Below are positions 30,212 to 41,931 of a stretch of 64,000 nt of DNA, one piece after another. The notes below the pieces were generated by a model. The model saw only the letters and a program-made list of their open reading frames with translations. It searched no databases and was not told the origin of the DNA. The position numbers were made by a program, and so were the translations under genes. Origin of the DNA: an uncultured Bacteroidales bacterium (GTDB lineage Bacteria > Bacteroidota > Bacteroidia > Bacteroidales > GCA-2748055); the NCBI GenBank assembly GCA_963710385.1, contig CAVQAB010000035.1, positions 8,238-72,237 of the forward strand. The letters run 5' to 3'. Position 1 is the stretch's first letter. Each line of letters begins with the position of its first letter.

Positions 30212-30444
30212 ATTCATTGAATTGTGTAGTTGTAATTTAATACGTTATTATCTCTCCCGTATTGTGATAAGACGGGAGTTATTGAACAGGACGATCCAGG
30301 TTGAGGATAGGTTGCGTCAAACTTGAAAGGAGTACTAAACTGCATCGACGCAACCTTTGTCACCACCATCGCATCATACAGTATGTATGTAAAGGATGTG
30401 ATATCCTGCCAATTTGCATAAATTTGTAAAGGAGGAAAACTGGA

Positions 30445-30995
30445 TTGGCAGAAAAACTGGAGATATTATTAAAAGGATGTAAGAAAGGCAGACCTAAGAG
30501 TCAGGAAGCACTCTACCGGAGGTTCGCTTCTGCCATGTATGGTATTTGTCTGCAGTACTGCCTCCAGTGAGGAGGATGCACAGGATATTCTGCAGGAAGG
30601 GTTCATTAAGGTATTTGCAAAACTGGATCAGGTGAAAAATCCTGCTGCTTTTCCCGGTTGGATCCGCAGGTTAATGATCAATACGGCCCTGGAAAAATAC
30701 AGGAGCCAGGTGATCCTTCAACGGGTGGATGATGTAAAAGGAGAGGTTCACGAAGTATTATGACGATGGCATCTTCAGTGAACTAACCTGTGAGGAGCTG
30801 GTGAGTCTGATTCAAACACTGTCACCGAAGTACCGAATGGTATTTAACCTTTATGCCATAGAAGGATACAGTCACCAGGAAATCAGTGAAGAACTTGGAA
30901 TTTCTGTTGGAACCTCCAAGTCAAACCTCTCAAGGGCCAGGGCCATTTTGCAGGAAAAGATTAAAAATATTTATGGTTCAGCAATTGTACGATGA
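30445..30995 (+). pseudogene. ECF-type RNA polymerase sigma-70 factor; two frame breaks
   Basis: The gene starts at TTG 30445 (LAEKLEILLKGCKKG...ALYRRFASAMYGICLQY). Region 2 lies in ORF 30539..30763 (DAQDILQEGFIKVF...FPGWIRRLMINTAL). Region 4 lies in 30801..30995 (MVFNLYAIEGYSHQEISEELGISVGTSKSNLSRAR). Confidence 0.8.
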
Positions 30996-32483
30996 GCGAT
31001 CAACAAAATAGCGGAAAAGGATTTCTGAAGGATAAACTTGGAGATTACCAGGTGAATCCACCGGAATCGGTATGGGATTCCATTCGCCTCACAATTGGGT
31101 GGCAGCAGCAGAAGGAGTATCATTCTCATTACACTATCTGCTGCTGCTACAATGGCCCTGGCGATTACCCTGGGTATCAATTTCTTTGGACCCGAACCTG
31201 CGGACAAAGAGGGAATCGCCACAACACAAGAGAATGCCGTTCAGGCCCAAATCCTGAAATTGAAGAAATTGAGGCTCTGCAGGAGTTGGCTGAAGAAACC
31301 GAAACTGCGAAGCGTAGAGAACCCCTTGAGGTGAAAGTGGGCAGGGCCCTGGAGGATATTCAGCTTGCAGAAAACCAAACGGAAATTCTTTTAAGTCCAG
31401 TTGCAGATCAGGCAACGGATAAAGTTTCAGAGGAGTTTTCCGAGGTACAAAAGGACTTCAGTGACCTGGGAGACAACCCTATAGTTGAGGATGTCGAAAC
31501 AAGGGAGAATTTAGAACTTGCCGTGAATCCGATGCAACGAAGATTTAGATGCCACCGAAGATTTAGATGCTGCAGAAAACCTGATGGTTGCAGAAAACCA
31601 GGATGCTACAGAGGAACAGGAATATGATCCCTCTGCTGATATAAGCTTAGATCCAGGGGAGGAGCTTACTTCAGATCCTTTGGAAGAATTCGGGGAGAAT
31701 CAGACCAGGGATCCCAGGTGGATTGTTGGTGCTGCACTATCTCCTCTCTATAGTTTCCGTGATGCAGAGGCTTCTGCAATGGCTGGAGGGGCTGAATTTG
31801 AATCGGGAATAGTCGCTTATGCCGGTGGCGTTCATGTGAGTTACAGGACCGCTTCAAGGCTGGCCATTGAATCGGGTATCTTTTATAACAAGATGGGGAT
31901 TTCCATTGGGGCACCCGGAATACAATTATTTAATGAATCATTTGATTTTTCACCGCTGGCCCAGGAATCCAGTAGTACAGAAGTAACCAGTGTCACCAAT
32001 TCGGTGGGCAATATCGTAGCCAAGTCGGGTGATGTTTATGTGAACAACTATAAACTCAACGCCTCTTCTTCCAACAATGCGTTTGCCCCCGACAACAATT
32101 ACTTTAATGCGATCAACACTGATGAGGGAATTCGCCAGCACCTCGACTATCTGGAATTACCATTTAACCTGCGCTATACATTGGTTGACAGGACCATTGA
32201 GCTGCAGTTGGTGGGGGGGATGAGCACCAACTTTCTGATCAATAACTATGTGACCATGGAAACTTCCGGGGGAACCACAGATATCGGATACCTTACCAAC
32301 ATCAGGAGCGTCAATTATTCGGGGAATGCAGGACTTGGAATGATATACCATATACGTGAAAAGTTCAGCCTTCGCCTTGAACCCAGGTTCAGGTATTTTT
32401 TAAACTCCATCAACGATGCCACGCTACCTTCCACCCGGCCATACACTTTAGGGGTCTACACCGGCCTGAATTACACCTTTTAG
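30992..32483 (+). pseudogene. Sigma-associated membrane protein: short N-terminal segment, 1 TM, acidic repeat linker, C-terminal OM beta-barrel-like domain; frame-broken
   Basis: The start overlaps the sigma-factor stop (ATGA). The pieces are MSDQQNSGKGFLKDKLGDYQVNPPESVWDSI, a TM segment in ORF 31095..31334 (IILITLSAAATMALAITLGINFF), an acidic linker, and a barrel in ORF 31584..32483 ending ...GVYTGLNYTF. There are at least 3 breaks. Confidence 0.65.
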
Positions 32484-32579
32484 AAACAATCCCACAGATA
32501 GGTTGTTAATCAACTAACCAGTTTCAATCCATTCGGAATGAAAACAAATCTGTAATTTTGCAGTTTGCTATTTAAGAAT

Positions 32580-33515
32580 ATGATGAAGAAAATATTATTC
32601 GTGATCAGTATATTGGCAATCCTGGGGGAAACTACAGGTTATGCAAATGGATTAATTAGTGATCCGGTGAAGCCGAATAAAGAAGTATCTTATATGGCCC
32701 AGGGTGTGAAGATACCTGACGGATGTAACCTTTGCAGGCGAACCTGTCCCTCTTGATCTTTTTGATGTGAGAGAAGCTCTGGACAGGGAATTATTATCAA
32801 ATACCTATTTCCATTCGCAGACCATCAGGTTGATCAAAATGGCCAATCGTTATTTTCCACAGATCGAATCTGTATTAAGAAAAAACCTGGTACCGGATGA
32901 TTTTAAATACCTGGCTGTTGCAGAGAGCTTACTTACCCAGGCCGTTTCACCAGCAAAGGCTGTAGGATTCTGGCAATTGATGAAGGGAACAGCACAGGAT
33001 TATGGTCTCGAAGTGAACCAGGAGGTGGACGAGCGATACCATATCAAAAAATCGACCGAGGTGGCCTGCAAGTATTTGATCGAGTCATTCAAAAAATATG
33101 GAAACTGGACCATGACTGCTGCCTCATATAATGCAGGGAGGAGGGGTGTGGATCGACAGATCGAGCGTCAGGAGAAAGAAAATTATTACGATCTTTTATT
33201 GAATGAAGAGACCGCCAGGTACCTTTACAGGGTCATTGCTTTCAAACTGATTTATGAAGATCCGTCGGCTTACGGATTCAATCTTTCAGAAGAGGACCTC
33301 TACCCCGAGATTCCGATTTACACCGTTGAGGTGGATAGCGCTGTGACTGATTTTGCTAGAATTTGCCAGGATTCAAGGGACCAACTATAAAATATTGAAA
33401 TACCTGAATCCCTGGTTAAGGGATAACAAATTGTACTAATACTGGACGAAAGAGTTATGAAATTTCATTGCCCGAAACCGGGTACCGTCGTCAGGATGCA
33501 TGGGAAGATCAGTGA
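32580..33515 (+). pseudogene. Lytic transglycosylase (SLT domain) protein; frame-broken
   Basis: A signal peptide lies in ORF 32565..32756. The SLT catalytic region lies in 32767..33390 (YLAVAESLL...GFWQLMKGTA...AASYNAG). The tail ([28 protein letters not shown]) lies in other frames down to the stop at 33515. There are at least 3 breaks. Confidence 0.75.
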
Positions 33516-36354
33516 AAAAGGAAGAACGGAAGATAGAGGTTCTGGGTGCACGGGTTCATAATCTGAAGAATATCGATGTTTCCATTCCCCGGAATAAGCT
33601 GACTGTAATTACAGGTTTGAGCGGCAGTGGTAAATCCTCCCTTGCTTTTGACACCATCTATGCAGAAGGGCAACGCAGGTACATTGAGACCCTGAATGCA
33701 TATGCGCGGCAATTTCTTGGGAAACATGGAACGGCCTGATGTGGATAAGATTACCGGACTGAGCCCTGTTATATCCATCGAGCAGAAGACCACCAATAAG
33801 AATCCCCGGTCCACCGTGGGCACAGTCACTGAGATATACGATTTTTTAAGGTTGCTATTTGCAAGGGCTTCCGATGCCTATTCCTATGTGACCGGTGAGA
33901 AGATGGTGAAATATACCGAGGAACAGATCCTGAATATCATCCTGGAGGCATTTACCGATCAGAAGATTTATGTACTGGCGCCGGTGGTACGCGGACGAAA
34001 AGGCCATTACAGAGAGCTGTTCGAACAGATCAGGCGGAATGGATACATCTATGCCCGTGTTGATGGCGAGATTGAGGAGGTGGTGCAGGGCATGCGCATT
34101 GACCGTTATAAGAACCATGATATTGAGGTGGTTATCGATCGACTTACAGCCAGGGAGAAGGATCGTGAGCGACTGAAAAAATCACTCTCTGCAGCAATGA
34201 AACAAGGGAAAGGAGTGACCATGATCCTGGAGAAGGAAGGGACTGAACCCAGGTATTTCTCCAGTCAGCTCATGTGTCCAACTTCAGGAATCTCATATAA
34301 CGAACCTGCTCCACACAGCTTTTCGTTCAACTCTCCTCAGGGGGCCTGTCCCCATTGCAATGGTCTGGGCACAATCAATGATGTGGATACCAAGAAGATT
34401 ATCCCGGATGACACTAAAAGTATTCGCAAAGGGGCCCTTCTTCCTGTTGGGGCATATCGTAATGCGCTTATATTCTGGCAGCTGGAGGCTATTGCTTCCA
34501 GGTATAATTTCTCTCTTGATACTCCCGTCAAAGATATTCCTGAGCAGGCATTACACTGCATTCTTTTCGGTTCTGAAGAACCATTGAAGCTACAGAATAC
34601 GCCATTGGGAGCCACTTCAAATTACTTCCTGAGTTTTGACGGTATCATCAGTCATGTACAGAACAATGCTGCTGAAAGCAATGGCCGCAGCGGAAAGAAT
34701 CCGGTTCGCCAGTTTATTCGTAAGGTGACTTGTCCGCATTGCAATGGTTTGCGACTTAAATCGGATATGCTCTATTTCCGGATCAATGGAAAGAACATCG
34801 CGGAGCTCTCGGCGATGGATATTGGGACTCTGGCAGATTGGTTCGAAAATATTGAAAAGGAGCTTACTGATCGGCAGAATATGATTGCCAGGGATATCCT
34901 GAAGGAGATTCGAAGCAGGTTGGGATTCTTGCTGGATGTGGGACTGAACTATCTCTCTCTTCAGCGCAGTGCACGTTCCCTTTCAGGGGGAGAAAGTCAG
35001 CGGATCAGGCTTGCCACTCAGATTGGATCCAGGCTCGTCAATGTGCTCTATATTCTGGATGAACCCAGTATTGGATTGCATCAGCGCGATAACAGAAAAC
35101 TCATCGCTTCCCTCCAGAGCCTGCGCGATCAGGGTAATTCAGTAATCGTTGTGGAACATGACCGGGACATGATCCTTTCCGCCGATCATATTGTGGATCT
35201 GGGACCAGGTGCAGGTCGCCTGGGAGGTGAGTTGGTTGCAGCTGGATCTCCTAGCTAGATCCTTAAAGGCAAGCACTCTGACAGCTGAATATTTAAATCA
35301 TTCAAAGGAAATTTCCATTCCGGAGACAAGAAGAGAAGGGAATGGAAAGGTGCTGTTGCTAAAAGGTGCCAGAGGGAATAACCTGAAGGAGATAGATGCT
35401 GTTTTCCCGCTGGGTAAATTTATTTGTGTCACCGGTGTTAGTGGGAGCGGTAAATCTACCCTGATCAATGATACCCTGCATCCCATTATCAGTCAGAGAT
35501 TGTACAAATCCAATAAAGATCCACTTCCCTATGAGTCCCTTGAAGGACTTGAGCATATGGATAAGGTCATCGAGGTGGACCAGTCACCTCTGGGTCGCAC
35601 TCCCAGATCAAATCCGGTTACATATACGGGTGTTTTCAGTGATATCCGAAAACTTTTTGAGCAGACACCAGATGCAAAGATCAGGGGATTTAAGGCCAGC
35701 AGGTTCTCATTCAATGTGAAAGGCGGCAGGTGTGAAACCTGCGGAGGAGCAGGGGTGCAGACCATTGAGATGAATTTTCTTCCGGATGTATACGTTCGGT
35801 GCAAAGCATGCAATGGAAAACGGTATAACAGGGAGACACTCGAAGTCCGGTTTAAAGACCATAACATCAACGATGTTTTGAAGATGACCATCAACCAGGC
35901 AGTGGAATTCTTTTCCAGTGTTCCTTCCATCCTCAGGAAACTAAAAACACTTCAGGATGTGGGATTGGGATACATCCGTCTGGGACAGCCATCCACAACA
36001 CTATCAGGAGGTGAATCCCAGCGGGTGAAGCTCTCAGCCGAGCTGGCCAAAAAGGATACAGGGAAAACACTTTATATTCTGGATGAACCTACCACAGGAT
36101 TGCATTTTGAGGATGTAAGGGTATTGCTGGATGTGATTTCCAGACTGGTGAATAAGGGGAACAGTGTGATTATGATTGAACATAACATGGATGTGATCAA
36201 GGTGGCCGATCACATCATTGATCTGGGTAAGGAGGGAGGCAGCCTGGGAGGGACCATCCTGGCTACCGGAACTCCGGAGGAGGTGGCACTGATCGGGGAT
36301 AGCTATACCGGGAATTTTCTCAGGGAGGAGCTTCCATTGGAAATAAATGATTAA
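33500..36354 (+). pseudogene. uvrA: Excinuclease ABC subunit A; two frame breaks
   Basis: ORFs 33500..33739, 33696..35258 and 35191..36354 are collinear UvrA pieces ([22 protein letters not shown], zinc fingers CPHCNGLG / CETCGGAG, two LSGGE signatures). The first break is an A-run at ~33722 and the second is near 35240. Confidence 0.92.
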
Positions 36355-36386
36355 ATTGGATTATTAGTTAAAAAATCAGTCAAAGT

Positions 36387-37097
36387 ATGAGTTCAAGTGA
36401 AGATAAAATTAAAAAGGCCTTTAAACAGAAGACCTGGAATGAGATAAAAGCCTCTGATTCCTGGCAGATTTTTAAAATCATGGCCGAATTTGTGGAAGGA
36501 TTTGAGAAGATGGCAACCATTGGACCCTGTGTTTCTATATTCGGATCGGCAAGGACTGAGACTGAAAACAAGTACTACAAGCTGGCCGAAGAGATTGCCT
36601 TTAAACTCACCCAGAGCGGGTACGGAGTGATTACCGGGGGTGGTCCGGGTATTATGGAAGCAGCCAATAGAGGAGCACAAAGGGGTGATGGCATCAGCGT
36701 TGGACTGAACATACATCTGCCTTTTGAACAGAGCTCCAATCCTTATATCGATCATGATAAACTGATCACCTTCAAACACTTTTTTGTAAGGAAAGTGATG
36801 TTCCAGAAATATGCCCAGGGTTTTATTGTACTTCCCGGCGGATTCGGGACCTTCGATGAGTTTTTTGAATCGGCAACTCTGATCCAGACCGGTAAGATCG
36901 GGAAATTCCCCATTGTACTGGTAGGAACCGATTTCTGGAGAGGTCTGGTGGACTGGATTGAGGATGTGGTACAATTGGAGCAGAAAAACATCAGTCCGGA
37001 GGACATGGATCTTTTTACATTGGTGGATACCGCCGATGAGGCGGTGGATGTGATCAATAAGTTCTATTCAAAGTACCTCTTGAGCCCCAATTTCTAA
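36387..37097 (+). CDS. LOG-family (TIGR00730) nucleotide phosphoribohydrolase
   Basis: 236 aa with the GGGPGIMEA and PGGFGTFDEF motifs. Confidence 0.88.
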   Translation: MSSSEDKIKKAFKQKTWNEIKASDSWQIFKIMAEFVEGFEKMATIGPCVSIFGSARTETENKYYKLAEEIAFKLTQSGYGVITGGGPGIMEAANRGAQRGDGISVGLNIHLPFEQSSNPYIDHDKLITFKHFFVRKVMFQKYAQGFIVLPGGFGTFDEFFESATLIQTGKIGKFPIVLVGTDFWRGLVDWIEDVVQLEQKNISPEDMDLFTLVDTADEAVDVINKFYSKYLLSPNF

Positions 37098-37181
37098 TGG
37101 GCAGGGCCCGTGAAGTGTTAGTAATTGCGGGAATATTTAATTCATTTATTTTGTACATTGTATCAAAATTCAGCAATTCCT

Positions 37182-38594
37182 ATGATGAAGTATTTTTCTT
37201 ATTGTCTCGTCATGACCATGTTCTGCCTCTCATTTTCACTTGAGGGACAGGAAGTGGAGATATCCATTGATCATCCGGACCAGGTGAAAGCCGGACAGGA
37301 ATTCACAGTTACGGTGACCATCAATAAAGGATCGCTTACTGATTATTCTCGGTTTTCACAGGATCTGCCTTTGGGACTAACTGCCACCAATGTTAGTTCT
37401 CCCAATGCTGATTTCAGTTTTGATAACCAGCGCATCAGGATCATTTGGCTGAAGCTTCCGAATACCGGAGAGGTAAAAGTTTCCTACAACATTCTTGTGA
37501 ATGAAAGGTTGAAAGGATCTTTCATTCTGGGAGGTGTGTTTGCCTATGTGGTGGAAGATGACCGTAAGTTTCTGAATTTCGAGAAAACCAGTGAAATTAG
37601 CATCATCCCAAATCCAACCATAGATCCGGCATTGATTGTCGATATCAAGGATTTCAAAGGGGCATCGGAGGTTGTTCCCACATCAACGGCCAAAGCAGGA
37701 GACATTTGCCATGGCCGTTCGGCAAAAACCGTTGCTTCAGGGCTCAGGTGCATATCTGGTCCATCTGCTTATCAATAATCCTCCGGGAAGTAAGTATGCC
37801 AAAATTGAAGAGACCATTCCTTCCGGATATATTGTTCGAGGAGGTGAGTTCACAGGATGGAATTGTTTCGTATGCTGCGTCTACAGTGAAATTTATCTGG
37901 ATGACACTTCCTGAAAGTCCCGAGTTTGAAGTGGTATACAGATTGGTTCCAAAACAAAATGAGCCCAGGGAGAACATGGTGATCGAAGGACTTCTTACCT
38001 ATACCTCCGGTAATGAAAACAAATTGGTGGAGGTAAAGGAGATGGATGTAGCCATTGAGGACCTGTCTGCTGTTCAAAAGAAGACCCTGCTTATCGAGTG
38101 GCAAAATTCCCGAGCGGGGCCAGGAAATCCACTGAAACTGTTCAGCGGCAAACTGAAACAACAACTCAGCAACCAGACAACTAGCAACAAACGAACAACT
38201 CAGCAACAGACTGAAAGAAGAACCACTCCGGTCGTACGGAACCAAAACCAACTCCGGCAGTCATCATATCAGACCCTGCAGGTACCTCAGGCAATTCAAT
38301 TGCCAATACCAGGGTTCTTTCTACCGGAGCAGGGATCTATTTCAGGGTACAGGTGGCCGCCAATCAGAATGCCTATGACGCACGCAGCTATTTCCGTGAC
38401 GAAGGGTTGGCTGAAGAAGTCCTGGTGGAACAGCATGAGGGATTGTATAAATACACCGCTGGATCGTTCCAATCCTATGAACAGGCGTTAGCTTATAGGG
38501 AACGTGTTGAGAAGACTCCCCTCATATAGCCGGACCTTTTGTGGTAGCTTACAGAGATGGTAAGCGTGTTCCAATTGGTTCAGTCATGCAATAA
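37182..38594 (+). pseudogene. Secreted protein with C-terminal SPOR (peptidoglycan-binding) domain; frame-broken
   Basis: The gene starts at MMKYFSYCLVMTMFCLS. Collinear fragments lie in 37125..37778, 37636..37914 and 37706..38491. The SPOR tail reads AGIYFRVQVAANQNAYDARSYF...EGLYKYTAGSFQSYEQALAYRERV...FVVAYRDGKRVPIG and ends at 38594. There are at least 4 breaks. Confidence 0.65.
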
Positions 38595-39980
38595 TGATTG
38601 GTTAAACAAATTGCAGGTGTTTCGACCCCTTTCATACAGGTCTGGTTTTTGGTCATGATCATGGCACCTTTCGTGGTGGACAGGGACAGGACATCAATTA
38701 TGATTCCCTGCTGCAGCGGATCGATACCGTAGAAAATCCGGTTTACAAACCGGTGGTATCCTTTTCTTACGGTGTGTTAAATTTTCACGGGGACGTAAAG
38801 AACAGCTACAACAGTTCCGCCATTGGAAACCATGCGGCAAAGGTAAATGTGTCCACCTTTGTAGATAAGAAGCATATATTTCGTGGCCAATTTCAATTTC
38901 ATGCATTGGTAAGCTTAGTGGAAACGAATATTCTTATTCAGATATTCCGAGAAATTTAAATTTCGAAACCGAGCTCTCTTCCATAGGATTGAATCTGGAG
39001 TACCGGTTTGGACATTTATTTCCAAAAGAATGCACTTGTTCGGCCCTATCTGTCACTGGGATTGGAAACCATTAACTTCAGTGCCAAAGGGGATCTTGAG
39101 GATGCCAATGGTTCGCCATATCATTACTGGTCGGATGGAACCATCCGTGATGTGGAAGAGTCCCTGTGGGGGAGACTCCGATCGATTTACCGGGATTATG
39201 AGTATGAAACCGATCTGAGATTGAGAGAGGATCAGGAATTCGGACTGGGGGAATATAGTCAGCGCGCTTTCTCCATCCCGGCTGGTGCGGGCTTGCACTT
39301 CAGGATCGATCAACGGGCCTTTTTCAGCCTGGGTATGTCCTACCACTATACACTGACGGATATGCTGGATAATGTGGCGTTTGAGAGGAACAAGTATTCA
39401 GGGTGCAAAAGGAAATGACAGTTATATTTATTCACACCTTTCACTTCATTTCGACCTCTTCTCAGACCCGACCACAAGGACTGTGGATCTGTTGTATGCC
39501 GACGTTGAGTTTGATCCCCTGTTTTTTGACGATGAAGACGGTGATTTTGTACTTGGATGTTTCTGACCGTTGTCCGGGTACACCCTATGGGATTGAGGTA
39601 GATACTTTGGGTTGCCCATTGGACGGAGATAAGGATGGGATCCCGGATTACCTGGATCAAGAGCTTGAGAGTGCACCAGATGCATGGGTAGATGATCACG
39701 GAGTAACCGTTTCCGAGAATGAATACCTTTCAGTAATGCAGCTGCGGAATGAGGCCATGGAACGTGAAGATGTGATCGCTTATATGGCCTTGATTCAGAG
39801 AGATTACAGATTGGGATCGTCCACCGAGATCCCGGAAAATTTAAGCCCTTGGATACGGATGAAGATGGGTACCTTTCTTTCGATGAATTACTTAGATCCA
39901 TTGACCAGTTCTTTGATTTTCAGCTGGATCTGAATCTGGATGAATTCAGGGAGGCGAATGATTTCTTCTTTTCCCAGTAG
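38594..39980 (+). pseudogene. OM beta-barrel protein with thrombospondin type-3-like Ca-binding repeats and an EF-hand-like tail; frame-broken
   Basis: Barrel fragments lie in 38753..38959 and 39008..39418. DxDxDG-type motifs (CPLDGDKDGIPDYLD) lie in 39403..39933. A shifted frame gives LDTDEDGYLSFDELLRSIDQFF, ending at 39980. There are at least 5 breaks. Confidence 0.55.
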
Positions 39981-40000
39981 GACTGTCACCATCACCCTCA

Positions 40001-40454
40001 CTATTTAATTTTCTGAAGCCTCTCCATCTGGCGCTGGGTATCCTTTCGTTTGATGGTTTCCCGTTTATCGTATTCCTTTTTCCCTTTTGCCAGGCCAATT
40101 TCCAATTTGGCATATCCGGAATTGGCGATAAAGATCCTAAGTGCAACGATGGTGAGTCCACTCTCCCTGGTTTTGCGATGCAGTTTCTTCAGTTCCTGCC
40201 GGTTCAGTCAAGAGTTTTCTGTCACGACCCGGTACATGTTTGTTATAGCTCCCCCAGCATAATCTGCCATTTGCATTCCTCTCACATATAGTTCATTGTT
40301 CTGGAAAAGGCAATAAGATTCCACCAGGCTCACCTTGCCCATGCCGGATGGACTTGATTTCAGTTCCCTGCAATTGAAGTCCAGCCACGTATTTTTCCAG
40401 GATCTCATAATCGTGGAAGGCCTTTTTATTCCTTATGTTGATCTTATTTGCCAT
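40001..40454 (-). pseudogene. smpB: SsrA-binding protein SmpB; two frame breaks
   Basis: [37 protein letters not shown] starts at 40454. The sequence continues with [21 protein letters not shown] and then LNRQELKKLHRKTRESGLTIVALRIFIANSGYAKLEIGLAKGKKEYDKRE, each in a different frame. The stop is at 40001. Confidence 0.88.
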
Positions 40455-40513
40455 ACTTTGTAGCGCCCTCAAAGGTATAGAAAAACCGGCATATTTGGGT
40501 ATATTTGATTCTG

Positions 40514-41471
40514 ATGGGAAATACTGAGGTAGACCTGGTTGACTGTCCTGGGTCATACAGCAGCCGGTAAAACTGCTTTTGCCGCGCATCTGGCCAGACA
40601 GATTGGAGGTGAGATCATCAGTGCTGATTCCAGGCAGGTTTACCGTGGAATGGATATTGGTACGGGAAAGGACTACGACGATTACCTGGTGGATGGTCGA
40701 AAGGGTTCCAGGCTCATCTAATTGATATCCTGGATGCGGGATATGAATACAATGTTTATCTCTTCAAGCAGGATTTCCTTAAGGTTTTTTCAGACATTAC
40801 AGATCGGAGAAGCGATGCCAGTGATTTGTGGAGGATCAGGACTCTATCTGGAATCGATTTTAAGAAACTACCAACTGCTTCAGGTGCCGGTGAACAAAGC
40901 GCTGAGAGAAGATCTGAAGACGAAAAGCTTCAGGAGTTAGAAGGGATCCTGAAACTTTACGGTCCCATCATAATGTTACGGATACAGCCAACCGAAAACG
41001 GATCATCCGCGCCATTGAAATTGCAATGTATCAGCATTGCGTGCCAGATAGCCCATATGCAGGAACAGGATTTAAATCCGATTGTCATCGGTATAAAATA
41101 CGACCGGGTAGTTCGAAGAGAAAGAATTACCAGAACGTCTTGAAAGAGCGATTGGATAACGGATTGGTGGAGGAAGTCGAAGGATTACTAGAGCAGGGAG
41201 TTTCGGCTGAAGAAAATGGATTATTACGGCCTGGAATACCGGTTTGTCACCCGGTACATACAGAAAGAATATTCTTATGATGAAATGTTTAGCAGGACTA
41301 AATACAGCCATCCACCAGTTTGCAAAAAGGCAAATGACCTACTTTCGTGGGATGGAACGCCGGGGTGTGGTCATTCACTGGCTGGAAGGCCATCTGTCAA
41401 TGGAAGAAAAACTGAGAAAAACCCGAGAACTGTTTCAAGATTCTAAGAATGCAGGAGGGAATTCTATTTAA
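40514..41471 (+). pseudogene. miaA: tRNA dimethylallyltransferase MiaA; at least 6 frame breaks
   Basis: Collinear MiaA pieces sit in all three frames: [123 protein letters not shown]. Confidence 0.85.
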
Positions 41472-41925
41472 ATTGCCAGGGTAGATCCAATATGAACCAG
41501 ATCAGGCCCATTGATATCAGAATATTAAGCGCTGTAATCAAATAATTATAGGTAACCCGCCAGGATCCTATCCTTCGCCGGATCATGATTCCGATATTGG
41601 GGATGAAGAAGGCCAGAACACTGAACACAGTAAGCGCGTTAAGAATCCTCTCTTCATCTACATCTTCCGATGGTTCGGTTGTGGCTGAAAAGAAAAGAAT
41701 AAGGTATGCCATCCCCATGAAACAGGCAAGGTAAACCAGGTAACTGGCTTTTATGAAGATGGTTGATATAGGTCGTTTGCGGTGTATCCGAAAGGGTTTT
41801 AAAATAATGATCGCAACAATGTAGATCAGGAGAAATGCCGCAATAAATATGAAATGAAGAAGAAAATTCATACCAGCACCTGAATTGAGGTTTGTTCCAA
41901 GATACAAAAAATGCTGAACTGTCAA
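41464..41925 (-). CDS. Hypothetical integral membrane protein (4-5 TM)
   Basis: 153-aa hydrophobic ORF directly downstream of recA. No family was recognised. Confidence 0.5.
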   Translation of the reverse strand: MTVQHFLYLGTNLNSGAGMNFLLHFIFIAAFLLIYIVAIIILKPFRIHRKRPISTIFIKASYLVYLACFMGMAYLILFFSATTEPSEDVDEERILNALTVFSVLAFFIPNIGIMIRRRIGSWRVTYNYLITALNILISMGLIWFILDLPWQFK

Positions 41926-41931
41926 CCGGGA

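Noticed and set aside
31547-31610. Short tandem DNA repeats (GAAGATTTAGATGC x2, GCAGAAAACC x2)
   Set aside because: They lie inside the coding acidic linker of the sigma-associated protein (EDLDATEDLDAAENL...). They are protein-level low complexity, not a regulatory or CRISPR-like repeat.
36393-37057. ORFs 36393..36974 and 36752..37057 (-)
   Set aside because: They are antisense to the intact LOG-family gene, which has clear GGGPGIMEA and PGGFGTFDE motifs.
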